DNA of 63,237 bases, filler included, from Chiloscyllium plagiosum (taxonomy: Eukaryota), in the NCBI RefSeq assembly GCF_004010195.1. It is 5 parts of one record of this genome, joined end to end, with 100 filler letters (N's around TTAATTAATTAA, not from the genome) between each part and the next. Parts side by side here need not be neighbours in the genome. Positions count along the whole stretch, not along the records: positions 36,074 to 40,203 come from NC_057711.1; positions 40,304 to 45,374 come from NC_057711.1; positions 45,475 to 63,237 come from NC_057711.1; 2 more parts are not named here. One strand, given 5' to 3'. Each line of letters begins with the position of its first letter. Position 1 is the first letter of the stretch. Made by a program: the position numbers and the translations under genes. This document shows positions 40,085-50,662 of this stretch, one piece after another. The notes beneath the pieces were generated by a model that was not told where the DNA came from, made no database searches, and saw only the letters and a program-made list of their open reading frames with translations.

Positions 40085-40203
40085 TAATTGGATGGAGGAA
40101 ATGTTGAGAGTTATAAGGTAGCCAGGAGGGATCTGAAGAGAGAGCTAAGAGCAGCAAGGCGGGGACATGAAAAGTCCTTAGTTGGTAGGATTAGGGAAAA
40201 CCC
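40085..40203 (+). mobile_element. CR1 ORF2 linker fragment running into the gap
   Basis: YKVARRDLKRELRAARRGHEKSLVGRIRENP. Confidence 0.8.
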
Positions 40204-40303
40204 NNNNNNNNNNNNNNNNNNNNNNNNNNNNNNNNNNNNNNNNNNNNTTAATTAATTAANNNNNNNNNNNNNNNNNNNNNNNNNNNNNNNNNNNNNNNNN
40301 NNN
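40204..40303. other. Artificial gap spacer
   Basis: 44 N + TTAATTAATTAA + 44 N. Confidence 0.97.
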
Positions 40304-40508
40304 GCTGCCAGAGGATGTGGTGGAGGCTGGTACAATTGCAACATTTAAGAGGCGTTTGGGTGGGTATATGAATAGGAAGGGTTTGGAGGGATATGGGCCG
40401 TGTGCTGGCAGGTGGGACTAGATTGGGTTGGGATATCTGGTCAGCATGGACAGGTTGGACCGAAGGGTCTGTTTCCATGCTGTACATCTCTATGACTCTA
40501 TGACTCTA
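40304..40508 (+). mobile_element. HER1/CR1 3' end
   Basis: LPEDVVEAGTIATFKR, then the 3' UTR and ctctatgactctatgactcta tail. Confidence 0.92.
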
Positions 40509-40510
40509 AC

Positions 40511-41028
40511 TCCATACTCAGACCCTGCCTAGGCTGTGCACTCTCCTGTAGCTCCTTGCCTCCTCTTGGGATCACCTTGACTACCTTCATTAATACAACT
40601 GGCTTAGCTTCTTTTACCACATCTTTTCCCACAGTGCCTTTCTTTAATGACCAGCACTGTGTCTTCACGTGTCCCACTTTACCATAGTGGAAATGCCTTT
40701 CACCTCGTTTCCACCGTCTCGGGCTTCTTTTTTATCCTGTGGTAAAATCTTACCAGTGCTCTCTACTTTTGATTTCGTAGTCTAGGATCTCCCCTTCTCC
40801 CAATTTCTTTCCCTCACAGGATGTAAGTCTGGCCAGAAACTTGTTTTATGCACCAGTATGTACTCATCTGCTGCCTTTCTCACTTCCTGAATTTTCTGTT
40901 CCTCCACGTGAATTTTTACCATCTCTGGAAGTGAGTTTTTACACTCCTCCAGCAGAATAATCTCGTGTAGAGTCTCAAATATCCTATCTATTTTCAAAGC
41001 ACGCACCCATCGTTCAAAATTACGATGT
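40511..41028 (-). mobile_element. Gypsy (Gmr1-like) gag fragment: SCAN-like capsid segment plus Zn knuckle
   Basis: FERW...LHEIILLEECKNSLPEMVKIHVEEQK...AADEYILVH, then a degenerate knuckle FHYGKVGHVKTQCW (~40650-40697). Confidence 0.72.
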
Positions 41029-41464
41029 TTGGGGATCCAAGATGACAGCAATCTAGTAGGATTGCTTTGCAGAATCTTCACCCCCACCCAACCTCGACCA
41101 TCGCGATATCCTGGGACTCCAGAAAGATTGTGGAATCCCAAGAAACTTTGAAAAGTTAACTTACCTGTGTTCCCAGCCATCCAGAGATGCCGACAAAAGG
41201 AGGAGGAGTGTCCGAGGCCAGGCCCATGGCCCTGTCTGCAGGACCCTCAGACTCGGTTACCTTCCAGGCCCTGGTGAACAAGCTCGCGAAATCTTGCGAG
41301 ATGTTGGGGAAATAAATAGAAGAGAAGCTGGTTCCAATTTCTATCATGCTGCAGATAAACCTAATCTGAACAATTAAATATGTACAGATGGTAGTGTTGT
41401 TTGGGTATGTCTTTGTTGTTTTGTAAAAGAAATAGAAGAAGTCTGATTGGAGCTTTCTTTTTCT

Positions 41465-42194
41465 GTTGTGGTTCTGTTCGCCGAGCTGGAAGGTTTTGTT
41501 GCAAACATTTCGTCCCCTGGCTAGGCGACATCATCAGTGCTTGGGAGCCTCCTGCGAAGCGCTTCTTTGATGTTTCCTCCGGTGTTTATAGTGCTCTGTC
41601 CCTGCTGCTTCCGGTTGTCAGTTTCAGCTGTCCGCTGTAGTGGTTGGTACATTGGGTCCAGGTCGATGTGTTTGTTGATGGAGTTTGTGGGTGAATGCCA
41701 TGCCTCTAGGAATTCTCTGGCTGTTCTCTGTCTGGCTTGCCCTATGATAGTATGGCTGTTCTCTGTCTGGCTTGCCCTATGATAGTAGTGTTGTCCCAGT
41801 CGAATTCAACTAGCCACGAAACGACACGACCAGCTATTCTTAGTAGCCACACACGCAGACAACAAGCAACATGAATTCGACTGGGACAACACTACTATCA
41901 TAGGGCAAGCCAGACAGAGAACAGCCAGGGAATTCCTAGAGGCATGGCATTCATCCACAAACTCCATCAACAAACACATCGACCTGGACCCAATATACCA
42001 ACCACTACAGCGGACAGCTGAAACTGACAACCAGAAGCGGCAGGGACAGACCACTATAAACACTGGAGGAAACATCAAAGAAGCGCTTCGCAGTAGGCTC
42101 CCAAGCCAGGGGACGAAACGTTTGCAACAAAAACTTCCAGCTCGGCGAACAGAACCACAACAACGAGCACCCGAGCTACAAATCTTCGCACAAA
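41465..42194 (+). mobile_element. 5'-truncated Penelope element (family C) with inverted 5' duplication and GIY-YIG C-terminus
   Basis: + strand from 41808: QLATKRHDQL...HEFDWDNTTIIGQARQRTAREFLEAWHS..SINKHIDLDPIY. 41465-41806 is its inverted copy. Flanking direct repeat ctttctttttct at 41453-41464 and 42195-42206. Confidence 0.92.
41500..41541 (-). ncRNA. Minimal hammerhead ribozyme motif (family C)
   Basis: Minus strand: gca CTGATGA t GTC gcctagccaggg GAC GAAA tGTT tgc, with stem I gca/tgc. Confidence 0.65.
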
Positions 42195-44535
42195 CTTTCT
42201 TTTTCTATTTTTTTCTATTGATGATAATTTGGTTTAAACTATGTTTGGTGGCGGTTGAGATGTGTATTTTCATTTTCTAAGTTAAGATATACCAAGGATG
42301 GGTGGGGTATTCACCCCCTTTTTAAAAAAAAATGTTTTATTTTTTCATAATGCTCTTCTATGGTGTGTTACTTTCTTTTCTGCTTGTGTTCGTGGTGCGG
42401 CTCTAGCTAGGAGAAGGGAAATGGGTGGGATGGCTAGATGCCTAATTATGGGTAGTTTGGGATGGGTAGTTGCCCACTTTGTGCAGGGGGTGAGTTCCCC
42501 CATTCAGTGCTGTTGGCACTTTATATGTTGATTTGTTTTTTTTAGTTTTTGGTGCTTTTAATAGTTTTGTCAGTTTGTTAAATGTAATAGTTTCAGTTTA
42601 TATAGTTTTTATGTTCGATGGATCATGTGACATTAAGGATAGGTGATTTGTGGTTCGCGTTCCTCCTGTCTGGAATTTTAAATGTTACTGTAGAAGGTTA
42701 TGGCTAATGACTTGATTAAATGGTGTAGCTGGAATATTAAGGGGAGTCACTCACCCATTAGGTACTCTTGAGTGTTAGAAGTAGAAGGTGGATATTGCTT
42801 TGTTACAGATGACACACTTGGATGACAGGGAGCATTTGAAGTTACAGCAGAATGGCTTTTCATCTTTTAATACCAGAAGTAGGGGAGTGACTATATTGGT
42901 TTGGAAGAATCTCCCATTTAAGTTACTAGAGTGTGTTATCGTCACTCGGGAAGTTTATAATTCTCAAAGCCCTGAAAAACAGGCAAGAATATGATGTTTT
43001 AAATATTTATTGCCTTCTAGCTCATCCCCTCAAAGTTTTGGTAGTTGCATTCTCAAAACTGATCAGTCTTGAGTCCCGGCATATCATTATAGGGGGAGAT
43101 TTTAACTGTCTCATGGATCCCACGGTAGACCGGTTGCCCTAAGGCCACCCCCCCCCACCAATACCCTCTGCACAAATCTGTGTATGGAGTCCAGGGTTGA
43201 TGGACGTCAGGAGGTATCTCCACCCGACAGGTAGGGATTTCACATTTTTCTCCAATCTACACAAATATCACACCAGGATTGATTTTTTTTTTGTTTTTCT
43301 GACCCCTGTGGCAACCCTGGACTTGGTGACATCTTGTACAATTGGTAATATTACCATCTCCGATCATGCTCCTGTGTACCTCTTAAGGACGTTACAGTGG
43401 ATTTGAGCCACTGGCGAATGGATCCCTTTATCCTCAAGGATAATAAGTTTGTGGAGTATTTCTCTATGGAATTTTGGGCATTCCTAGACATTAACTCAGG
43501 CTTGGTTAGTAGTCCATCCATCCTTTGGGAAACTGCCAAAGCATATGCCAAAGGGTTAGTTATTTCCTACTCTGCCAGTAGGAAGTGGCAGAAGGGTGAG
43601 CAGCAACGTCTCCTCAAAGCACGGTTGAAGGCAGCCAAGGAGGCTTACTTTGACAGGCCCTCATTGGTCAAGTTACAGAGGATTACAACACTGCAGTCTA
43701 CATTGAATTCCGTGCTCTTGCAGACAGCAAAGAAGGAGCTTGCTTTCGCTGTGTTACGTTCTATTGTTAAAAGAGGATCAGACGGGCTTCACAGAAGGCC
43801 GCAGATCCTCCAATAATTGTAGGAGGCTGCTTAATGTAATTCAAGCATGTCAACAACAGTAAATAGAGGGATTGGTGATTTCTCTAGATGCAGAGAAAGC
43901 ATTTGTCCAAGATGAGTGGCTGTACCTTTTCTATACTATGGAGTGGTTTGGTTTGGGTGAAGTCTTTATAAGATGGGTAAGGGTTGTCGATAGTGGCCCT
44001 CTCATGGTGGTCATCACGACCAAGCAATTTTTAATATTTTTAAGGGCAGCTGGCAGGACTGTCCCCTTTCATCATTGCTTTTCACATTGGTGATTGAACC
44101 AATGGTGGAGGCCATTTGTTGGGATCCTAAAATATAAGCCCTATAAGTGGGGTCAAAATTGCTTAAGATTTCCTTGTACGTGGACAATGTCCTAATTTTT
44201 TTGTCAAATCCAGCAGTTTCAGTGCCTCGCCTGATACAATGCATCTGCGTGTTTCGTGCCTTTTCAGGGTACGAGATTAGTTTTGCGAAATCAGAGGCTA
44301 TGCCTATGGGTGGTCTTACAAAGGAGCTAGGTCTTGAGGGTGAACATTGATTCCCACTTAAGTGGTCACAGGGGAGTTTTGTGTATTTGGGCATAATCAC
44401 CACTCTGGTTCTGGATCGGTTGTTCAAAGCCAATTTTGTTCAACTATTTGACAAAATCAAACAAGACCTTCAAAGATGGGAGGCACTTCTGGTCTCGTGG
44501 TTGGGTCGAATCGTGCTTATTAAGATGAATATTCT

Positions 44536-44850
44536 TGGAATGGGACGATTGGGTGCTGGCGTTTTGGCACGGCCATTTGGGCGCCAGCCCATTTGGTGAC
44601 GGACGTTTTGGCACTAGGAAAAAAACGTTGATTGATTCATCATCATTCAAAGGTAGAACTTTAAAAACTGTTACTTTATTGAAAAATAAAAACATTAAAT
44701 CTTGTTACACTAAAGCCGTCCATAGAGACAGATTTACAAATAAAGAAATGTTTTTAGCGCCAAAACATCTGTCGCCAAATAGGTTTGGAGCCCAAATGGC
44801 TGTGCCAAAATGCCGGCGCCCAAATGGCTGTGCCAAAACGTACCAAACCC
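44536..44850. mobile_element. Non-autonomous DNA transposon (MITE) with 9-bp TSD and repeat-built inverted termini; Mutator/foldback-like
   Basis: TSD gaatattct at 44527-44535 and 44851-44859. Termini are built from ~15-bp units (gttttggcac/catttgggcgcc versus gtgccaaaa/ggcgcccaaatg) around an AT-rich core. It interrupts L1 ORF2 at KMNIL. Confidence 0.85.
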
Positions 44851-45374
44851 GAATATTCTCCACCATTTGTACCCTATACGGATGCTTCCTCTGATTTTCA
44901 ATAAGCAAACATTCAGGGGACTGACTGACTGGTTCAGCTCCTTTATTTGGCATCGTAAGTGGCCCCTCATTAAATTAGCTAAACTGCAACTGCCTCACCG
45001 ATTGGGGGTGGAGGGGCGAGACCCTTCTGTACATTTAAAATTACCAACTAAGCTTGCTTTTGTCCTTTGTGAGTGATTGGGTTTGTGGGGATCCTCTTTC
45101 AATATAGTTTGATATTGAAGCCTCCCAGACAGAATGTCCCTCACCAGTTTACTGTTTTTGGACAAAATGAGGACAGTTAGGGAATATTGCCATAACCCAA
45201 TAGGCCCAAAGGGATACTTCCATATCCACCAGAAATCATCACCTCAGGGGATCTCCCATCCACCGCCTCCAACCTCATAGTCCCACAACCCCGCACCGCC
45301 CGTTTCTACCTCCTGCCCAAAATCCACAAACCTGACTGCCCCGGCCGACCCATTGTCTCAGCCTGCTCCTGCCC

Positions 45375-45474
45375 NNNNNNNNNNNNNNNNNNNNNNNNNN
45401 NNNNNNNNNNNNNNNNNNTTAATTAATTAANNNNNNNNNNNNNNNNNNNNNNNNNNNNNNNNNNNNNNNNNNNN
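45375..45474. other. Artificial gap spacer
   Basis: 44 N + TTAATTAATTAA + 44 N. Confidence 0.97.
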
Positions 45475-45528
45475 CCCCAAGTCCCTCCTCCCTACCTTTT
45501 ATCTTAGCCTGCTTGGCACACCCTCCTC

Positions 45529-45564
45529 ATTCCTGAAGAAGGGCTTATGCCCGAAATGTCGATT
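45529..45564 (+). ncRNA. Minimal hammerhead ribozyme motif (family A)
   Basis: attc CTGAAGA a GGGC ttat GCCC GAAA tGTC gatt. Confidence 0.65.
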
Positions 45565-46779
45565 CTCCTGCTCCTTTGATGCTGCCTGATCTGCTGCGCT
45601 TTCCCAGCAACACATGTTTCAGCTCTGATCCCCAGCATCTGCAGTCCTCACTTTCTCCTTGTTCAAATGATGCCTCAATGTTGAAGGCAGTTATTCTCAC
45701 ATTGACTCTGAAATGATACATTTCTGCTCATTTTTGGATCTAGTTTAAGTGCTCTCTGGAAATCACTTGTCCTGGTGGAACCCAGAATTGTGCATTGGTT
45801 ATTGATGAATAAGTCATCTTGATAACAATGTCTGTCACTAACACAGTTTGCATATCATTGAGTTTATACAGATGGGACTTTAATTAGCCAGAATGGATTC
45901 ATCCAATGTTTTGCAGACAACTTGTGTTTTTCTTTGGATAGATTTCAACAGCCACATTGCAACAAGTTGCCTAGAGGTATGGCTACTTCTGGAACACAAA
46001 TCTTTAGCTGCTCAACTGGGATGATAAACTGGCAATAACCTTTGAAGTGCATTTGGCTTTATTCAGGTTTGATCTTCTACCTGAATGGTAATGATGTGAC
46101 ACATTGGGATTGAATACAATTCTGTTGTTGCTGCTGGTTCATATCATCCCTAGAATTCCCAACTTGGGCTACTAATCAGATTCACATCTATTCCATTTAG
46201 TCTAGTGGTGATACAATGCACTCCGATTGAGAATATCCTGTATGTGAAGATGGGATTTTGTTTTCACAAGGACTGAACATTTGTCAGTACTAACAATACT
46301 GACATGAACAGATATAACTGTGATCCTACATTTGTGAGAGCAAGGTCAAGTAGATTTTTCATCATATTGATTTTCTCATCACCTGCTGCAGACACCCAGT
46401 CTGGCACCTACTATCATTTGGACTTTGCCAGCTTGTCAATAGTGGTGTCACTCTTGGTAATGAGTATTTAAGTCTCCGACATAGAGAACATTCTGAACTT
46501 GTGCAACCGTCAAGTGCTCCATTTAAGTGGTGTTAAACATGTAAAAGCACTGATTTGTCAGCTGAAAGAGGGCGGTAGATGACGATCAGGGTGGGTTTTT
46601 CTCCATGTTTGCCTGATGTGGTGAGACTCCGTTTGGATCCAGAGTTAATATTGAGGACTCACAGAACCTCTTCCTCTTTATAGTGTATCACCATGCCGTT
46701 ACCTACAATGAGTGTGTTCTGCCAGGGTGATATAATATACTCAGCATTGGTGATGGAGGAATTTGGGATGTTATCTAAA

Positions 46780-47186
46780 AGGTCGTACGAGGATAGGTTG
46801 AGAGTGCTAGGCCTTTTCTCATTGGAACGGCGAAGGATGAGGGGTGACTTGATAGAGGTTTATAAGATGATCAGAGGAATAGATAGAGTAGACAGTCAGA
46901 AACTTTTTCCCCGGGTACAACAGAGTGTTACAAGGGGACATAAATTTAAGGTGAAGGGTGGAAGGTATAGGGGGGATGTCAGGGGTGGGTTCTTTACCCA
47001 GAGAGTGGTGGGGGCATGGAATGCGCTGCCTGTGGGAGTGGTAGAGTCAGAATCTTTGGTGACCTTTAAGCAGCAATTGGATAGGTAAATGGATGGGTGC
47101 TTAAGCTAGGACAAATGTTCGGCACAACATCGTGTGCCGAAGGGCCTGTTCTGTGTTGTATTGTTCTAGGTTTTATGTTCTATGTT
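46780..47186 (+). mobile_element. CR1 LINE 3' end, inserted in an older antisense LINE remnant (~45660-47380)
   Basis: SYEDRLRVLGLFSLERRRMRGDLIEVYKMIRG...WNALP, with an atgttctatgtt tail. Confidence 0.9.
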
Positions 47187-47687
47187 TGCTTCTGGGAGTG
47201 TGACAATGTCTGGCTGTTTGACCATGTTGTAGGACAACCCTCCTGGTTTATGCAGAAGTCCCCAGATGTTTGTGAGGAGGATTTTGAAGGAGTTATGGGG
47301 ACTGGATGAGCCTTTGATGTGACCTTGCTTGTGTTGAAATCATGGTTCAATCCAATTTTATTCTTTGTTTCACCCTTTATAGTACTGTGAATAGAATAGA
47401 ATAGATTAGAATAGACTTTATTGTGATACAGTTGAGTGGCTGCTAGTCATAGAATCATAGAGATGCTAGTGTTGTAATTTGGGTTGGGTTGGATGGGGAA
47501 GAGTGGCCGGGTCAGCTCTAGGAGTGGTCAGTTCTCATGGGAATGTCTTTGGGTGAGGTCGAAGGGGTGATGGGATTTCCAGTTGTTGTGCAGAATTAAT
47601 TACACTCTTAATTACTGAGTAACACCAAATTAAACTCTGCAACATTTCCAAAAATTTTTTTTTGAGTTAGCACTCCAAACTACCCCT

Positions 47688-48022
47688 GCAGCACAGTGGC
47701 TCAGTGGTTAGCATGGCTGCCTCACAGTGACAAGGACCCTGGTTCGATTCCAGCCTTGGGTGACTGTCTGTGTGGAGTTTGCACATTCTCCCTGTGTTTG
47801 CATGGGTTTCCTCCAGGTGCTCCGGTTTCCTCCCACAATCCAAAGATGTGCAGGTCAGGTGAATTGGCCGTCCTAAATTGCCCATAGTGTAAGGTGCATT
47901 AGTCAGGGATAAATACAGGGCAGGGGAATGAGTCTGGTGGGTTACTCTTCGGAGGGTCGGTATGGACTTGTTGGGCCGAAGGGTCTGTTTCCATACTGTG
48001 GGAAATCTAATCTAATCTAATC
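47688..48022 (+). mobile_element. HE1-type SINE, full length
   Basis: A box TGGCTCAGTGG (47697), B box GGTTCGATTCC (47741), conserved core, HER1-like 3' end and (aatct)n tail. Confidence 0.92.
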
Positions 48023-48029
48023 ATGAACG

Positions 48030-48280
48030 TAGGCTAGAAGACATTCCTGGAGAGTCCTGGGCAGCATGGAGAGGGGTAAGATTTAATATGTTCCTGAGGG
48101 CCAACTACTTCACACAGAGGATGGTGCATGTATTGAACAAGCTGCCAGAGGAAGTGGTAGAGGTGAATACAATTTACATTTAAAATGTCATTTGGACAGA
48201 TACATGGAAAGGAATGGTTTCAAAGGTTATGGGCCAGATGCAGACAAATGGGTCTAGTGCAGTTTAGGAAACTTGGTCAG
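48030..48280 (+). mobile_element. CR1/HER1 3' fragment
   Basis: NKLPEEVVE-type coding end plus partial 3' UTR, abutting the antisense copy. Confidence 0.7.
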
Positions 48281-49635
48281 CATAGAGTCATAGAGATGTA
48301 CAGCATGGAAATAGACCCTGCGGTCCAACTCATCCATGCTGACCAGATATCCCAACCTAATTTAGTCCCATTTGCCAGCACTTAGCCTATATCCCTCCAA
48401 ACTCTTCCTATTCATATACCCATACAAATGCCTCTTAAATATTGCAAAAGTACCACTTCCTCTGGCAGCTCATTGTATACATGTACCATCCTCTGCATGA
48501 AAAAGTTGTCCCTCAGGTCTGTTTTATATCTTTCCCCTCCCTCCCTAAACCTATGCCCTCTAGTTCTGGAGTCCCCCACCCCAGGGAAAAGATTTTGTCT
48601 ATTTATCCTATCCATGCCCCTCCTGAGTTTATAAGCCTAATTAAGGTCACCCTTCAGCCTCTGACGCTCCAGGGAAAACAGCCCCAGCCTGTTCAACCTC
48701 TCACTATAGCTCAAGTCCTCCAACTCTGGCAACATCATTCTAAATCTATTCTGACCCTTTCAAGTTTCACAACATCCTTCCGATAGGGAGGGGACCAGAA
48801 TTGCATGTGTCCTAAAAGTGTCCTAACCAATGTCCTGTACAGCTGTAGCATGACCTCCCAACTCCTATACTCGATACCCTGACCAATAAAGGAAAGCATA
48901 CCAAACATCACCTTCATTATCCTATCTACCTGCGACTCCACTTTCAAGAAACTATGAACCTACACTCCAAAGTCTTTGTTCAGCAGCACTCCCTAGGACC
49001 TTACCATTAAGTGTATAAGTCCTGCTAAGATTTGTTTTTCCAAAGTGCAGTATCTTGCATTTATCTAAATTAAACTCCATCTGCCACTTCTCAGCCCATT
49101 GGTCCACCTGATCAAGATCCTGTTGTAATCTAAGGTAGCTTCTTCACTGTCCACTACACCTCCAATTTTGGTGTCATCTGCAAACTTACTAACTATACAT
49201 CTTATGCTGACATCCAAATCATTTATATAAATGGCGAAAAGTAGTTGACCCAGCACCCATCCTTCTGGTACTCCACTGGTCACAGGCCTCCAGTCTGAAA
49301 AACAACCCTCCACCACCACCCTCTGTCTTCTACCTTTGAGCCAGTGACCAATGAAAACAACCTCGAGTCTCTCAGCATTTCCTCATAAGACCCTTCCCTC
49401 CATACCAGACAACATCCTATTAAATCTCCTCTGAACCCTTTCCAAAGCTTCCACATGCTTCCTATAACGTGGTGACCAAATGGTTAGTTCTCCCTGTATT
49501 CCATGAGATGTAACCATGCTAACTAGTCTCCCACGGGGAATTTGTCAAACACCTTACTGAAGACCATATAGATTACGTCTATTGCTCTGCCCTCATCAAT
49601 CCTCTTTGTTACTTCTTTAAAAAACTCAATCAAGG
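48281..49635 (-). mobile_element. HER1/CR1 LINE, 5'-truncated (RT plus 3' UTR)
   Basis: FSKVFDK, WRPVTSGVPEG, SKFADDTKIGG and LYRTLVR, with a ctatgactctatg tail. Confidence 0.93.
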
Positions 49636-49994
49636 ACTTAAGTTGAGGTTTTGCTGCTCTGGACATCAGAGGATTTGGAGACAGGAAATTAAATAAAAAT
49701 TTGAACATAGTAATAAATTGAGGGAAGGATATGTTATAACTTGCAGATCAAAGGCTACTTAAGTATAAAACGTTATTAAGAAACTGGCAGATGAATGGCA
49801 GAGATTAGACACTATAATCCAGTGCAATTGAGATCAAAGAAAGGCAATAACTGGTAGGAATTTCTGTGGGATACAGGGTATAACATAATGTGGTATCTGG
49901 AGTTATTTATGAAAAGCTTAGCAGAAAGAAGAGTTAACATACACAAAAGCAATCATTTGTATAAAGTCTTTAATATGACCAAGATAGAAACAAA

Positions 49995-50662
49995 GACAAG
50001 AGCAGGAGTAGACCATTCAACCCCTTGAGTCTGCTCTGCTATTCAATATGGTAATGGATAATCATTGAGCACAATAGTTTTAATCTTGCCCTCCTCCATA
50101 TGCCTTGATTCTTTTAGCCGCATGAGTTGGGTGTACTTCCTTCTTGAAGACACATAATGTTTTGGCCTCAACCACTTTCTGTGGTAATGTCTTCTACAGG
50201 CATACCACTTTTTGGTGAAGAAATTTCTCCTCATCTCAGTCCCACAATGTTTACCCCTTATCCTTAAACTAGGACTCATGGTTCTGGAATTCCCCACTAT
50301 CGGAAACATCCTCCCTGCATTTAACCTGTCTCATCCTGTTGGAATTTTATAGGTTTCTAAGAGATTCCCCACCTCCTCCACTCACCACCCCCCACTTTTC
50401 TAAATAACAGTAATCAATTCAATCTCCTTCCTCACATAAGGAAACCAAAACTGCACACAATATTCCAGGTATAGTCTTGCCAGTACTGTGTATAACTGCA
50501 GTAAGACATCCTTGTTCTTGAACTTGAATCCCCTCACTACGAAGGCCAACATAGAGTTTGCCACCTTTACTTCCTGCTGGGCCTGCATGCTTACTTTCAG
50601 TGACTGGTGCACAAGGACATCCAGGTCTTGTTGAACATTCCTTTCTTTCAATTTACAGCCAT
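49995..50662 (-). mobile_element. CR1 LINE 3' part
   Basis: DLDVLVHQSLKVS...YLEYCVQFWFPY, then the 3' UTR. Confidence 0.85.

Larger units (their letters stand above)
41031..45203 (+). mobile_element. Decayed L1-clade LINE (5' end, ORF1 stub, T-rich spacer, ORF2 APE-RT) with two nested insertions
   Basis: ORF2 from ATG 42700: WNIKG, DIALLQ.THL, GGDFN, TRIDFF, SDHAPV, LWETAKAY, SLDAEKAF, LYVDNVL, YLGI, IKMNIL. Confidence 0.9.
45235..45660 (+). mobile_element. Young Penelope element (family A): RT fragment, gap, then 3' terminal repeat
   Basis: ITSGDLPSTASNLIVPQPRTARFYLLPKIHKPDCPGRPIVSAC before the gap. Terminal repeat with hammerhead after the gap. Confidence 0.9.

Noticed and set aside
44536..44850. 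Short iterated repeats resembling a CRISPR or iteron array
   Set aside because: Eukaryotic context, no unique spacers and no cas genes. The repeats are inverted at the two ends and bounded by a TSD, so this is a MITE.
47688..47760. tRNA-like A/B boxes
   Set aside because: This is the head of an HE1 SINE, not a tRNA gene.
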